DNA of 63,685 nucleotides, filler included, from Candidatus Nanoarchaeia archaeon (GCA_035290625.1; 4 parts of 4 records of this genome joined end to end with filler, not necessarily neighbours in it); one strand, 5' to 3'. Shown: positions 47,705 to 57,300, counted from the first letter of the whole stretch. Notes: generated by a model from the sequence alone, not told the origin. Numbers and translations: made by a program.

Positions 47705-48787
47705 ATGGAGTTTCTAATCGAGAATGCAAAGAAAGCTATGTCTGACCCGCTGAGCTACGATGCAGTAAAGGTTGGTCAAGCTAACATTAAGGTTATCGGA
47801 TGCGGAGGCGCTGGTAATAATATGGTGAATTGGCTCTATAAAAAAGGGATCAAGGGAGCTGAGATCATGGCCTGCAACACAGACAAGCAGCATCTCGATG
47901 TCACTGAAGCCGATCATAAGTTTATCATTGGGGAAGGAGTAACCCGTGGCCTTGGATGCGGAGGATTCCCTCAAAAAGGGTATGAAGCTGCCCAGGAAAG
48001 CCTTCTTCAGATTAAAGAGAGTATAAAGGGTTCTGATATGGTATTTGTGTGTGCTGGCATGGGCGGAGGCACAGGAACAGGTTCTGCTCCAGTGGTTGCA
48101 GGAACAGCCCGTGATCAGGGTGCGATAGTGATTGGAACAGTCACTATGCCATTTAAGATTGAGCGCGCTCGATGCGACAAGGCAGAGTATGGCCTCCAGC
48201 AGCTGCGAGAGGTGTGTGACACGGTAATTGTCATAGACAACAACAGGCTGGTGGAGATTGCTGGAAGCCTTCCGATTCAGCAGGCCTTTGCAGTTGCCAA
48301 TGAGCTGGTCGCAACCATGATCAAAGGGATTGTCGAGACGATAGCGATTCCATCATTGGTGAACCTTGACTTTGCAGATGTAAAGGCTATCATGAAAGGC
48401 TCAGGAGTTGCTGCAATTGGTGTGGGAACCTCTGACACAGAGAATAGGGTGGAAGAAGCTACTAAAGGAGCGCTTAACAACCCTCTCCTTGACATCAGCT
48501 ATGAAGGAGCAACCGGAGCGCTTATCCACGTGGCAGGAGGGCCGGACATGACCTTGGAGAACATCAACAAGGTAGGAGAACTGGTCACTGAAAGCCTTGA
48601 TGACGACGCCAATGTAATCTGGGGAGCAAGAGTATCTGACGAGCTCAAAGGCAGGATTATAGTAATGACGATTGTCACAGGAGTACAAAGTCCTTGGATT
48701 ACAGGGAAAACCGCAGGAAGGATTGCTGAACCTCTCAGGGAGGCAGAAGAGCTCAATGAAGGATTAGGCATTGAAATAGTACGATGA
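47705..48787 (+). CDS. ftsZ: Cell division protein FtsZ (FtsZ2-like)
   Basis: GCGGAGNN, GMGGGTGTG, PFKIERAR, VNLDFADV. Confidence 0.97.
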   Translation: MEFLIENAKKAMSDPLSYDAVKVGQANIKVIGCGGAGNNMVNWLYKKGIKGAEIMACNTDKQHLDVTEADHKFIIGEGVTRGLGCGGFPQKGYEAAQESLLQIKESIKGSDMVFVCAGMGGGTGTGSAPVVAGTARDQGAIVIGTVTMPFKIERARCDKAEYGLQQLREVCDTVIVIDNNRLVEIAGSLPIQQAFAVANELVATMIKGIVETIAIPSLVNLDFADVKAIMKGSGVAAIGVGTSDTENRVEEATKGALNNPLLDISYEGATGALIHVAGGPDMTLENINKVGELVTESLDDDANVIWGARVSDELKGRIIVMTIVTGVQSPWITGKTAGRIAEPLREAEELNEGLGIEIVR

Positions 48788-48861
48788 CACCCTTGGTTTT
48801 TGTGTGCTGTGTTCTTTGCCTTCATTTACCACCCCCAACACGTAATGAAGGCAGCTGTTAC

Positions 48862-48892
48862 TCTTCACCCGCTTTTGGGTGAAGATTTTTTT
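48862..48892 (+). terminator. Hairpin + T-tract terminator after ftsZ
   Basis: TCTTCACCC-gctttt-GGGTGAAGA followed by T7. Confidence 0.6.
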
Positions 48893-48971
48893 ATTTGGAT
48901 CTATTGCAACCGGCAGGTGGAATAGGCAAAAATAATTAGATTTAAATACAGTCAGCTACCATCTTTGCCTC

Positions 48972-50933
48972 ATGTACCGTACACATACCTGTGGAGAATT
49001 GCGGAAGAAGGACGTGAAGAAGAGTGTCCGGCTTACAGGCTGGAACCAGAGCAGGAGAGACCACGGCGGAATCATCTTTATTGATGTGCGGGACCGGTAT
49101 GGGTTGACGCAGATCGTCTTTGATCCAAAGCACAAGAAGGATGTCCATGCATCTGCCGAGCACCTGAGGAGAGAAGATGTTATTGCCATTTCAGGAACAG
49201 TTAGGCTGAGAGGCAAGGGGCTTGAGAACCTAAAACTGGAGACAGGGGAGATTGAAATTCTGGTTGATGAATTGACAATCCTAAACAAGGCAGAGACCCC
49301 ACCTATTGAGATTGATGATCGGATTGAGGTAAGCGAGGATATTAGCCTTAAATACCGCTATCTGGAGCTGAGAAAGCCAAGGCTGGCACGCAACATTAGG
49401 GTACGGAGTGAGGCAGTGAAGATAGTGCGTGATTATTTTCACTCCAATGGCTTCCTTGAGATTGAGACTCCAATCCTGGCAAAATCCACTCCGGAAGGGG
49501 CAAGGGATTACCTGGTTCCGTCGCGTGTGCACCCGGGAAATTTCTATGCGTTGCCCCAAAGCCCCCAGCTGTTCAAGCAGCTGTGCATGATTGCAGGCCT
49601 AGACCGTTATTTCCAGATTGCGCGATGCTTTCGTGATGAGGATTTAAGGGCGGACAGGCAGCCAGAGTTCACCCAGATTGATGTCGAGATGAGTTTTATT
49701 GACGAAGAAGATATCCACCGCCTTATGGAAGGCATGGTGAAGGAGATCTGGAAGAAGGTTCTTGGCATTGACCTGAAGACACCATTTCGAAGGATGCTGT
49801 ACAGCGAAGCAATGGCAAAGTATGGAAGCGATAAGCCTGACTTGCGCTTCGGCCTGGAATTGGTTGATGTCACAGATATCGTCAAGGCCTCTGGCTTTCA
49901 GGTATTCACAAAGAACATAGCCCAAGGAGGCGTTGTGAAGGCCATCAATGCAAAAAAGGCAGGGCTATCAAGAAATGATATTGACGGGCTGATTTCGTTT
50001 GTGCAGGCGCATGGCGCAAAAGGCATGGCATGGATGAAGGCGACTGAAAAGGGCCTCGAGAGTTCGGTTGTAAAATACTTCAGCGAGGATATCCAGAAGG
50101 AACTGAAGAAGGCACTTCAGGCAAAGCCGGAAGACCTGCTGTTGTTTGTCTCTGATGTTAAAGAATCGGTTGTCCATGCTGCATTAGGTGCGCTGCGCCT
50201 GGAGCTTGGAAAACAGCTCAACCTGATCAGAAAAGGGTATGAGTTTGTCTGGGTAACTGACTTCCCCTTCTTGGAATACAAAGAGGATGAAGGGAGGTAT
50301 GAGGCAATGCATCATCCCTTCACATCGCCAAAGCCGGAAGACCTCAGCCTTTTGGAATCTGAGCCCCGCAAGGTGAGGGCTCGTGCCTATGACCTTGCCT
50401 TAAATGGAGTCGAGCTTGGCGGCGGAAGCATACGGATCCACGATTCAGCAGTTCAAAAAAGGGTATTTAATGTCCTGGGGATCACAGACAAGGAAGCTGA
50501 GGAAAAGTTTGGCTTTCTGCTTTCTGCGCTCAAGTACGGTGCGCCGCCTCATGGAGGGATTGCGTTTGGCGTTGATCGCCTTGCTGCTATGCTTTGCGGA
50601 GAAGAAAGCATTCGTGAAGTCATTGCTTTCCCGAAGAACAAAGCTGCGCAGTCATTGATGGAAGGATCTCCTTCTCCGGTCTCTGAGGCTCAACTGAAGG
50701 AGCTTGGGATTAGATTGGACCACATTAAAGGGAAAGGGGGGTCCAGAGCAATCGTGTCCCAGACTGAAAGCGCAAAACATGACGCCGAAATGGAGATATA
50801 CAGAAATATGGGGGAGATCGAAAGATTGCAAGCTGAGAAAACTGCCTTGGAAACTAAAGGCGAGATGGAACATTTAAAATCAAAAGTAGAAAGAATGAAG
50901 GAAAATGAACGTAACAGGCAGAAAGATGTTTAG
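48972..50933 (+). CDS. aspS: Aspartate--tRNA ligase, bacterial type (GAD insertion), probably non-discriminating
   Basis: MYRTHTCGELR, RRDHGG, LPQSPQLFKQ, RDEDLRADRQPEFTQ, MHHPFT, GAPPHGG. Confidence 0.95.
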   Translation: MYRTHTCGELRKKDVKKSVRLTGWNQSRRDHGGIIFIDVRDRYGLTQIVFDPKHKKDVHASAEHLRREDVIAISGTVRLRGKGLENLKLETGEIEILVDELTILNKAETPPIEIDDRIEVSEDISLKYRYLELRKPRLARNIRVRSEAVKIVRDYFHSNGFLEIETPILAKSTPEGARDYLVPSRVHPGNFYALPQSPQLFKQLCMIAGLDRYFQIARCFRDEDLRADRQPEFTQIDVEMSFIDEEDIHRLMEGMVKEIWKKVLGIDLKTPFRRMLYSEAMAKYGSDKPDLRFGLELVDVTDIVKASGFQVFTKNIAQGGVVKAINAKKAGLSRNDIDGLISFVQAHGAKGMAWMKATEKGLESSVVKYFSEDIQKELKKALQAKPEDLLLFVSDVKESVVHAALGALRLELGKQLNLIRKGYEFVWVTDFPFLEYKEDEGRYEAMHHPFTSPKPEDLSLLESEPRKVRARAYDLALNGVELGGGSIRIHDSAVQKRVFNVLGITDKEAEEKFGFLLSALKYGAPPHGGIAFGVDRLAAMLCGEESIREVIAFPKNKAAQSLMEGSPSPVSEAQLKELGIRLDHIKGKGGSRAIVSQTESAKHDAEMEIYRNMGEIERLQAEKTALETKGEMEHLKSKVERMKENERNRQKDV

Positions 50934-51772
50934 ATTTTCTTTGAGAATTTAGTTATCTCCTCAGCAAGTTCAGAAGCAAGATACGTGTATCCTTTCTTTT
51001 TCTTAAGGGCATCTCCTGCCCTGCCGTTATAGTATGCTGCGAGGCAGGCTGACCTGTAGAGATCGTGAGTTTGCGCCAGGAAGCCTGCTGTTAATCCTGC
51101 CAAGACGTCTCCTGTGCCTGCCTTTGTCATGCCTGCGTTCCCTGTTCTGTTGAAGGTTATTCTTGTTTTTGAGATGATTGCGTCAACAGGGCCTTTCAGG
51201 AGGAGGATGTTATTGTTTAGTATCTTCCTTACTATTGATAATTTCTTTTTTAATGATGCCTTCTTATTGAATATCTTCGTTAGTACTGATTTTTCAATAC
51301 TGGAGTTTTTTAATAGTATCTCAAACTCTTTTTTATGAGGTGTGAGGACTGCGTTTTCAACCGTTCTTATGTTTATTATTTTTAATGCGTCTGCGTCAAT
51401 GACGAGGTATTTTTTATTTTGTACAGAATATGCGACTGCCTTTTTAATGAGTTTCTTTGTGGCTGGCTTTACACCCGCGCCGTTCCCAATTAAGGTTACA
51501 TCATGGGTCTTGATGAGTTTCTTTAATTCAGGATAATGGCTTGTTGAGATATAATCGCCTTTGAGCTTTTTTGTAATGAGGTCTGGGCTTAATTTATTTA
51601 TCGCCCAGGCAACCTTTTCAGGCGCAGCAATCGTTACCCAGTCTGCTCCTGATCTCAGGCAGGCAATCCCTGCCAATGCAACTGCTCCGACATAGTCTGC
51701 TGAGCCCCCGATAATCAGGATTCTTCCATTGTCGCCTTTATGGCTGGCCGGATCCCTTGTAACTGGATGCAT
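50930..51772 (-). CDS. nnrD: ADP-dependent NAD(P)H-hydrate dehydratase
   Basis: SHKGDNGRILIIGGS, VIDADAL, LTPHKKEF, KAGTGDVLAG. Confidence 0.9.
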   Translation of the reverse strand: MHPVTRDPASHKGDNGRILIIGGSADYVGAVALAGIACLRSGADWVTIAAPEKVAWAINKLSPDLITKKLKGDYISTSHYPELKKLIKTHDVTLIGNGAGVKPATKKLIKKAVAYSVQNKKYLVIDADALKIINIRTVENAVLTPHKKEFEILLKNSSIEKSVLTKIFNKKASLKKKLSIVRKILNNNILLLKGPVDAIISKTRITFNRTGNAGMTKAGTGDVLAGLTAGFLAQTHDLYRSACLAAYYNGRAGDALKKKKGYTYLASELAEEITKFSKKI

Positions 51773-51816
51773 GACATATCAGGAATTCTGGAGTATATAA
51801 ATTTTAACTGAAATCA

Positions 51817-51978
51817 GGCTCAGTAGAAAGTCGTCGTTGCCGCCATTTTTGCGAGGCTCTATAAACTTAAGGAAGCGCAGCGGAGGGGGTTGTCCCTTAC
51901 GGGCGAGGTGCCACTCTTTGCCAAAAACATGCAGAGCCGAGCTGGCGGCAACCGCGAAGCTGGACTTTCTACTGAGCT
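51817..51978 (+). mobile_element. Fold-back MITE-like element, copy E9
   Basis: TIR GCTCAGTAGAAAGTC / GACTTTCTACTGAGC; flanks CTGAAATCA / CCGAAATCG (7/9 TSD); overlaps the stop codon of the EEP gene. Confidence 0.85.
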
Positions 51979-52721
51979 CCGAAATCGAAAGAGGCCATCA
52001 GAGGGTAATGGTCTGAGTATTTCTCCGGAAGGATCCCTGCCTCAGAGCAGGTGATATCCCCCCGATAGAAGATATAATCAATCCGCATTTTAACCCAGTA
52101 CCTATAGGAGGGGCCTGCATCAAAAGGGACAGCAGGGCGAAGCCGATTCTCAAAGATAAACTGTTTAAGAACGTCGCTCCGCGGAAACGCGTTGAAATCG
52201 CCTGTCAGGATTACATTCTTGGGGCTTTTTTTAAGAAATCCGCTCAGCCGCCTCATCTGGGATCTCCGGTCATAGGGGGTCAGCCCAAGATGGGTAGTGA
52301 TGACGCGCACAAGTTTCCCCTCAATCCACAAATCTGCATAGGTCGCTCCTCTTGCAATGGGCGGAACCCCGAACTTGGTGTGGACAAAGTGATGGGAGTT
52401 AAGCGCAACGTTCCCGTGGTTGATGAATTCTATCTTGCTAAGGATAGCATTTCCTGAATTCCGGTGGTGAAGAATCTTATGGTTGAAGCCGGCGGTGAAA
52501 TGGATGAAGCCTGCTTTCCTCATTAATGTGCGGATATGATTCTCTCTCTTTTTTGGCGAAAGCCCGATTTCCTGCAGGCAGACGATGTCATAATTGCTGA
52601 GCTGGCTTGCGATGTCGTTTGCGATCGTCTTCTTGATCTTTCTCCTGTGGAAGATATCAATGAGGGCTCTGGCGTGGCTCTTCCCGGAAAGATATTTGAG
52701 ATTATAGGTAAGCACGCGCAT
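51969..52721 (-). CDS. Endonuclease/exonuclease/phosphatase family protein
   Basis: LTYNL, DIVCLQE, GNAILSK, TGDFNA, IDYIF, SDHYP. Confidence 0.9.
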   Translation of the reverse strand: MRVLTYNLKYLSGKSHARALIDIFHRRKIKKTIANDIASQLSNYDIVCLQEIGLSPKKRENHIRTLMRKAGFIHFTAGFNHKILHHRNSGNAILSKIEFINHGNVALNSHHFVHTKFGVPPIARGATYADLWIEGKLVRVITTHLGLTPYDRRSQMRRLSGFLKKSPKNVILTGDFNAFPRSDVLKQFIFENRLRPAVPFDAGPSYRYWVKMRIDYIFYRGDITCSEAGILPEKYSDHYPLMASFDFGAQ

Positions 52722-52769
52722 GGAAAGGAAAAGTTGATTGTTCTATTTAAAGGTTTTCTGATGCAGAAA

Positions 52770-52968
52770 GGCTTCGGTGAAAATCCCGCAGTGGCTTGCG
52801 AATGAGCTCGTTCTCAGTCGCTCACAAGCCACCGGCTGCCGCCCAGTTCGCCTCGTACTGTTTTGAGTGTTAAGCGACATTCCCCGAAGGGGGCAACCCT
52901 CTTGTCGCTGTGATGCCTTTGCGTTCTTGGGCTCACGAAAGGCGGCAGCAATGATTTTCACCGCAGCC
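52770..52968 (-). mobile_element. Fold-back MITE-like element, copy E10
   Basis: Perfect 9-bp TSD ATGCAGAAA at 52761-52769 and 52969-52977; TIR GGCTTCGGTGAAAATC / GATTTTCACCGCAGCC. Confidence 0.9.
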
Positions 52969-53013
52969 ATGCAGAAAGCAACATTTAAATAGAAAGAAGC
53001 TCTTAAAACAGCC

Positions 53014-53451
53014 ATGCCAAAGCGAGGAAGAAAGGTTCCCAGAAGGGCAAAGCGCAAGAGGGGGGCAAAGCGCAAAGGCCGGGCAACGAGCAAGGTGAGG
53101 AGCACTCCTCGGGCCATCAGCTACGAAAACATTCCGCAGATCAGCCCAAATGACATTCTGAAAGAAAAAGCAGATGCCTCAACTGACCAGACAGAAGCGC
53201 AATACAAAACGCTGGATGGAAGCCCCAAGGGTGCCGCAGCCAAGGCACTTAAGACCCCGCGCAAAGGGCTTCCGCTGCTGAAAAGGATATTAGGAGATGA
53301 GTTTTTGGCAGTATCTGCGATTATTATTTTCGGGTCATTTATGAAATTAGGGTATGGCGCGATAGGGGCTGCTGTTACGCTTGGGATCATTGCAGCTTTC
53401 TCCTTTATTTGCGGTGTGGCTGTGAAAGGGTATATCCAGAATAGGTATTAA
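53014..53451 (+). CDS. Hypothetical membrane protein with Lys/Arg-rich N-terminus
   Basis: ATG ~25 bp after TTTAAATA; two C-terminal hydrophobic segments. Confidence 0.6.
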   Translation: MPKRGRKVPRRAKRKRGAKRKGRATSKVRSTPRAISYENIPQISPNDILKEKADASTDQTEAQYKTLDGSPKGAAAKALKTPRKGLPLLKRILGDEFLAVSAIIIFGSFMKLGYGAIGAAVTLGIIAAFSFICGVAVKGYIQNRY

Positions 53452-53539
53452 TTCGATAGATACTAACTCAATTCTCTATATTGTATAAGAAGGATTAGGG
53501 CAAATAAATGTATTTAAAGGCATCGAGAATAGGGCAGCC

Positions 53540-54859
53540 ATGGCCCAGCTCATTTACGTCGATAGCCAGTTGATTGAAAGACACATCAGCGCCCTAGCAA
53601 AGATAGGATGCCTTGGGCCTAACGAAGGTTTCACTCGTGCTGCATGGTCTGACGAGGAAAGCACTGCGATGAACTACATTGCAGCGGAAGGGAAGGCAGC
53701 TGGGTTTCAGCCGTGGTGGGACGCTATAGGGAATCTCTTTCTTACACGGGCTGGATCCATTGAACAGATCCTTCAGATCGGCTCCCACCTGGATACAGTT
53801 CCTGGCGGCGGGAATTACGACGGGGCTGCAGGCATTGCCGCAGGCCTGGAAGCGTTGAAAGCAGTCAGCTCACAGCAAATCAACGCTGGTCTTGAGCTTG
53901 TGGTTTGGAGAGGAGAAGAGTCAGCAACCTTTGGTGCTCCGTATAAAGGGAGCAAGGGAGCATTTGGAGAGCCGTTTGTTGATTCCAAAGGCAGGCGTGA
54001 TATCTTAGCAAATGAATTTTGTGGCGTAAGTCTGGAAAAAGCCATGCGAACACAGGGCGATGACCCGCAATATTTAATGGCAAATACTCCAACACTCACT
54101 CCCACCCACATTGAAAACATTACTGGCCACATCGAACTCCATATCGAGCAAGGCCCGGTCCTTGAGAATAGTGGGAAGGATATTGGGATCGTTACAGCAA
54201 TACGAGGCAACACAAGGCACTGGATCGATGTTGAGGGAGAGTTTAATCATTCCGGAACCACCCCCATGAAGGATAGGAAAGATGCAAATACTGCCATAGC
54301 TCATATGATTGCGGAAGCAGACAAGATGGCTTGGAACGCAGAGCACTACGGAAATGATATCACGCAGACAGTGGGAATCCTAAACGCCGAGAGGTCAAGG
54401 AATGAGACAATGGGTGTATATCACAATGCTTTGACAAAGGTGCCCGGATGCGGATATTTTTCATTGGAGATACGAAGTGCAAACTGGAATTTTCTGCAAT
54501 CGTACACAGGAGAGGTTATGCAGCGGATTGAACAGATCGCAAAGGAAAAGAATGTGAAGGTTAACATCATCCCGATAAGCGCAGAAGCTCCAGTCACTGC
54601 ATTCAGCAGCGAACTTCAGGCAATTGCAGAAAGAAAGGCAGATGAATTAGGTTATGCATCAATGTATATGCAGAGCGGAGCCGGTCATGACTGCGCTGTG
54701 GTTGCCCGACAGCGATTAAAAAGCCCGATACCAACACTGCTCATCTTTATTCCATGCAGAGATGGGAAAAGCCACTGCAAAGAGGAATACGCGTCTCCAG
54801 ATGCCATAACAAAAGGCGCAAATGTTCTGGCAAATACTGTCTACGAATTAGCGCGATAA
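53540..54859 (+). CDS. M20-family Zn amidohydrolase (allantoate / N-carbamoyl-amino-acid hydrolase type)
   Basis: GSHLDTVPGGGNYDG, GEES, ELHIEQGPVL, HSGTTPM, SGAGHD, GKSH. Confidence 0.9.
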   Translation: MAQLIYVDSQLIERHISALAKIGCLGPNEGFTRAAWSDEESTAMNYIAAEGKAAGFQPWWDAIGNLFLTRAGSIEQILQIGSHLDTVPGGGNYDGAAGIAAGLEALKAVSSQQINAGLELVVWRGEESATFGAPYKGSKGAFGEPFVDSKGRRDILANEFCGVSLEKAMRTQGDDPQYLMANTPTLTPTHIENITGHIELHIEQGPVLENSGKDIGIVTAIRGNTRHWIDVEGEFNHSGTTPMKDRKDANTAIAHMIAEADKMAWNAEHYGNDITQTVGILNAERSRNETMGVYHNALTKVPGCGYFSLEIRSANWNFLQSYTGEVMQRIEQIAKEKNVKVNIIPISAEAPVTAFSSELQAIAERKADELGYASMYMQSGAGHDCAVVARQRLKSPIPTLLIFIPCRDGKSHCKEEYASPDAITKGANVLANTVYELAR

Positions 54860-55690
54860 TCTGGCATACGTCTTCTGCATCAGCAGACTGTCCTCCTCGA
54901 TATTCGGAGACTCTGATATGACAACCCCTGCTGCGTTGAATTCCTTTAATGCTTGGAGAACTGCTTTGTAAGTGAAGTGATTATCCTCGTCTTTCATATT
55001 GAGATGGTTCCGTTCTCCCTTCGGTCCATAATGCATGCCAGACAGGTGGATATGCATACTGCTTAGAGCCTCCCTGCCAAGTCCTTTTTCTATCTCAGTC
55101 AGGGCTTCCTTGAAATCAGCCTCAGTATTGAATGAGCCAACAGACCTACTGTAGAGATGGGAGAAATCTACGCAGATGCCAACCTGCTCGACTTCTTGGG
55201 CAAGCCGGATAAGCTCTGAGACAGTTCCGAACTGGGTTCCCTTGCCTGTTGTCTCAGGGCTGATTCTGATGCTATGGCCCTCATCCTTTAGTTTTTTTGT
55301 TATGCTCTTTAAGGATTCCCTTACCTTAAGGTATACATTGTCTGCGGGAAGATCCATGTAATATGCAGAATGGAAGGTCAATGAGAATGCACCGCACAGG
55401 TCAGCAATCCTCGCTGCATTCAAGACACGTTGTATTGACGCTTCTCTCTTCTCTTTTTCCAATGAGTTGAGATTAATGAAGTACTGGCCATGGCAGGTCA
55501 GCAAGATTTCATTCTGCTGGCTAGCCTTCTTGATGCCGGAAGTTTTCTCTTTTGGGATATTGACTTGGCGCACAAATTCAATCTCCATGGCTCCCAGGCC
55601 AATTTTTTTAAGATACGAGATCCCATTGAGGGTATTCCTCTCAGGAGTTGCCAGTGGAATTCCTGCAGTGCCAAAAACAAGCCCTTTCAC
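54848..55690 (-). CDS. nfo: Endonuclease IV (AP endonuclease family 2)
   Basis: CHGQYFINLNS, ETTGKGTQFG, VDFSH, HIHLSG, ISESP. Confidence 0.85.
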   Translation of the reverse strand: MKGLVFGTAGIPLATPERNTLNGISYLKKIGLGAMEIEFVRQVNIPKEKTSGIKKASQQNEILLTCHGQYFINLNSLEKEKREASIQRVLNAARIADLCGAFSLTFHSAYYMDLPADNVYLKVRESLKSITKKLKDEGHSIRISPETTGKGTQFGTVSELIRLAQEVEQVGICVDFSHLYSRSVGSFNTEADFKEALTEIEKGLGREALSSMHIHLSGMHYGPKGERNHLNMKDEDNHFTYKAVLQALKEFNAAGVVISESPNIEEDSLLMQKTYARLSR

Positions 55691-56646
55691 CTTACCCAGA
55701 CTCCACGATGCATAATCTTTTGATTGTCTGCAAACACCGTTGGCTGCAGGACAACACCGTCAACATGGATTGGGACATCGATGCTTCCGCCAAAACCAGT
55801 ATTGTTCCCTAATGCAATGTGGATCGTTCCCTTAACCTTCTCATCCTCAAGGATATTCCCTGTAATCCTTGCCAGCCCATTTGTTCCGATGCCAAGCTCT
55901 GCGATGTTATAGGCATTTGGATCATTGACAGCCTTCAGGCCTGCAGCAAGCTTTTTTGCCTCTTCCCCTCCAGTGACTGAGGTTGCGTATCCATCCTTGA
56001 CACGTATTCTGATTGGAGCTGCAAGCCTTCCTATGCCTGCAAAGGATCCATCAAAAACGATAATGCCTGATGTGCCTTCCTGATGGGGAGCGCAATAAAG
56101 CTCGCCATCCGGAAGATTGCAGACTTCTCCTTTTCTGGCAATCCCTGAATTGAGGCCTTCCCAGGGCTGTTTTGCGACATGAAGGGTTATGCTTGTTCCT
56201 TTTTCTGTCTTGATTATGATTTCTTTTGCCTTTTTCAGGAGATCATATAAAGGGGATACCTGATTTTTCAGATACTGGTAGTCAACGTCAAAAAGCCGCT
56301 CCATGATTGAAACAGTGATGCCGGGCAATGTGGCGATGCGCGCTCCCTTAGCTGATGCCTGCTTCCTGGCTGCTGTATGCGTCAGGGAAGTGGTAGTTGC
56401 TGCAACGATGACATCAAAGTGCTTCATCCGCTCTGCAACCGCATCAGGCGGCTCCTGGCCGTCGTGATCGCCCAGAGGTATCTCCACTTTTTCTGCACGT
56501 GCTAAGAAGGAAGTTGTCTCTGCAAAAAAGGCGTTTGCGATCTCCTCCTTGCTCTTGTCATAGATAACCAGGACAGACTCTCCCTTCTGTAGGCTAAGGG
56601 AATGCTGGTAAGCGTTCCTGGCAGCCTTCCTGAGTAGGGCATTCAT
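55687..56646 (-). CDS. Aminopeptidase, M29 (thermophilic metalloprotease) family
   Basis: NLPDGE, IAELGIGTN, EDEKVKGTIHIALG, IHVDG. Confidence 0.9.
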   Translation of the reverse strand: MNALLRKAARNAYQHSLSLQKGESVLVIYDKSKEEIANAFFAETTSFLARAEKVEIPLGDHDGQEPPDAVAERMKHFDVIVAATTTSLTHTAARKQASAKGARIATLPGITVSIMERLFDVDYQYLKNQVSPLYDLLKKAKEIIIKTEKGTSITLHVAKQPWEGLNSGIARKGEVCNLPDGELYCAPHQEGTSGIIVFDGSFAGIGRLAAPIRIRVKDGYATSVTGGEEAKKLAAGLKAVNDPNAYNIAELGIGTNGLARITGNILEDEKVKGTIHIALGNNTGFGGSIDVPIHVDGVVLQPTVFADNQKIMHRGVWVR

Positions 56647-56662
56647 GGGTCAACGATGAGAA

Positions 56663-56950
56663 TTACCGCCTTGATGGATGGAAGATGTCATACATGATCT
56701 CCTCAAGCTTCTTGAGGTTCCACTTGATTGCATCATATTTTTTTCTGAGCAGCCCATTTCGTAAGTCAAAATGGATGAATTCTCCGTACAACTCCTCCAC
56801 AAACTGCCTGATTCTCTTGACCTCCTCAAAATCACGCACAGTAGCGTGGCGGACAGCTCTTCGTGTCAGCTCTCCAGTGAGGTCGCATAATCCCATCAGG
56901 TAGTCCTCTGTTCCAATCTTGAGCTGCTTTGCTGTAGGCAGTGGCTTCCT
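56663..56950 (-). CDS. Translin-family protein, C-terminal part (5' end lost in gap)
   Basis: LPTAKQLKIGTEDYLMGLCDLTGELTR...LRKKYDAIKWNLKKLEE. Confidence 0.85.
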   Translation of the reverse strand, partial: RKPLPTAKQLKIGTEDYLMGLCDLTGELTRRAVRHATVRDFEEVKRIRQFVEELYGEFIHFDLRNGLLRKKYDAIKWNLKKLEEIMYDIFHPSRR

Positions 56951-57050
56951 NNNNNNNNNNNNNNNNNNNNNNNNNNNNNNNNNNNNNNNNNNNNTTAATT
57001 AATTAANNNNNNNNNNNNNNNNNNNNNNNNNNNNNNNNNNNNNNNNNNNN
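56951..57050. other. Artificial contig linker
   Basis: N-run + TTAATTAATTAA. Confidence 0.95.
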
Positions 57051-57191
57051 ACCTGTTGGAAAGTCACGAAAAACAACGTCACAAAATCACAATACTTTCC
57101 AACCATTGATGATCTGCAAGAATCCCTTGAGAACTTTTGGAAAAAACATATTTTTATGCAGAACTTCATGCGTTACTTATGTCGTTAACTA
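57051..57191 (+). mobile_element. 3' end of a probable IS630-family transposase gene / IS right end
   Basis: Hand translation TCWKVTKNNVTKSQYFPTIDDLQESLENFW...YLCR* resembles the segment after the NPIE motif of IS630 transposases; ends in TA; lies at a contig start. Confidence 0.55.
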
Positions 57192-57300
57192 AACCATCGA
57201 AACCTTTATATATCCAGTTATTAAATTTACTACAATGAATACCTCTATTATCAAACGTATTATTAATATTTTTACTAAATCTAATAAGCCCCCAGCTACC

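Noticed and set aside
6639..52968. Fold-back elements as integron attC sites or CRISPR/TIGR-type arrays
   Set aside because: They are dispersed among housekeeping genes in both orientations, lack a consistent RYYYAAC/GTTRRRY core, are not tandem, and carry 9-bp TSDs.
6611..53117. Short ORFs overlapping the fold-back elements (6611..6805, 17759..17971, 20983..21171, 43136..43324, 52743..53117) and N-terminal extensions of PAN and Rpp30
   Set aside because: Open frames arise from GC-rich repeat sequence; reading frames are not conserved between copies.
16325..57050. TTAATTAATTAA inside N-runs at three places
   Set aside because: Artificial contig-joining linker with stops in all frames; not biological, and adjacency across it is not trusted.
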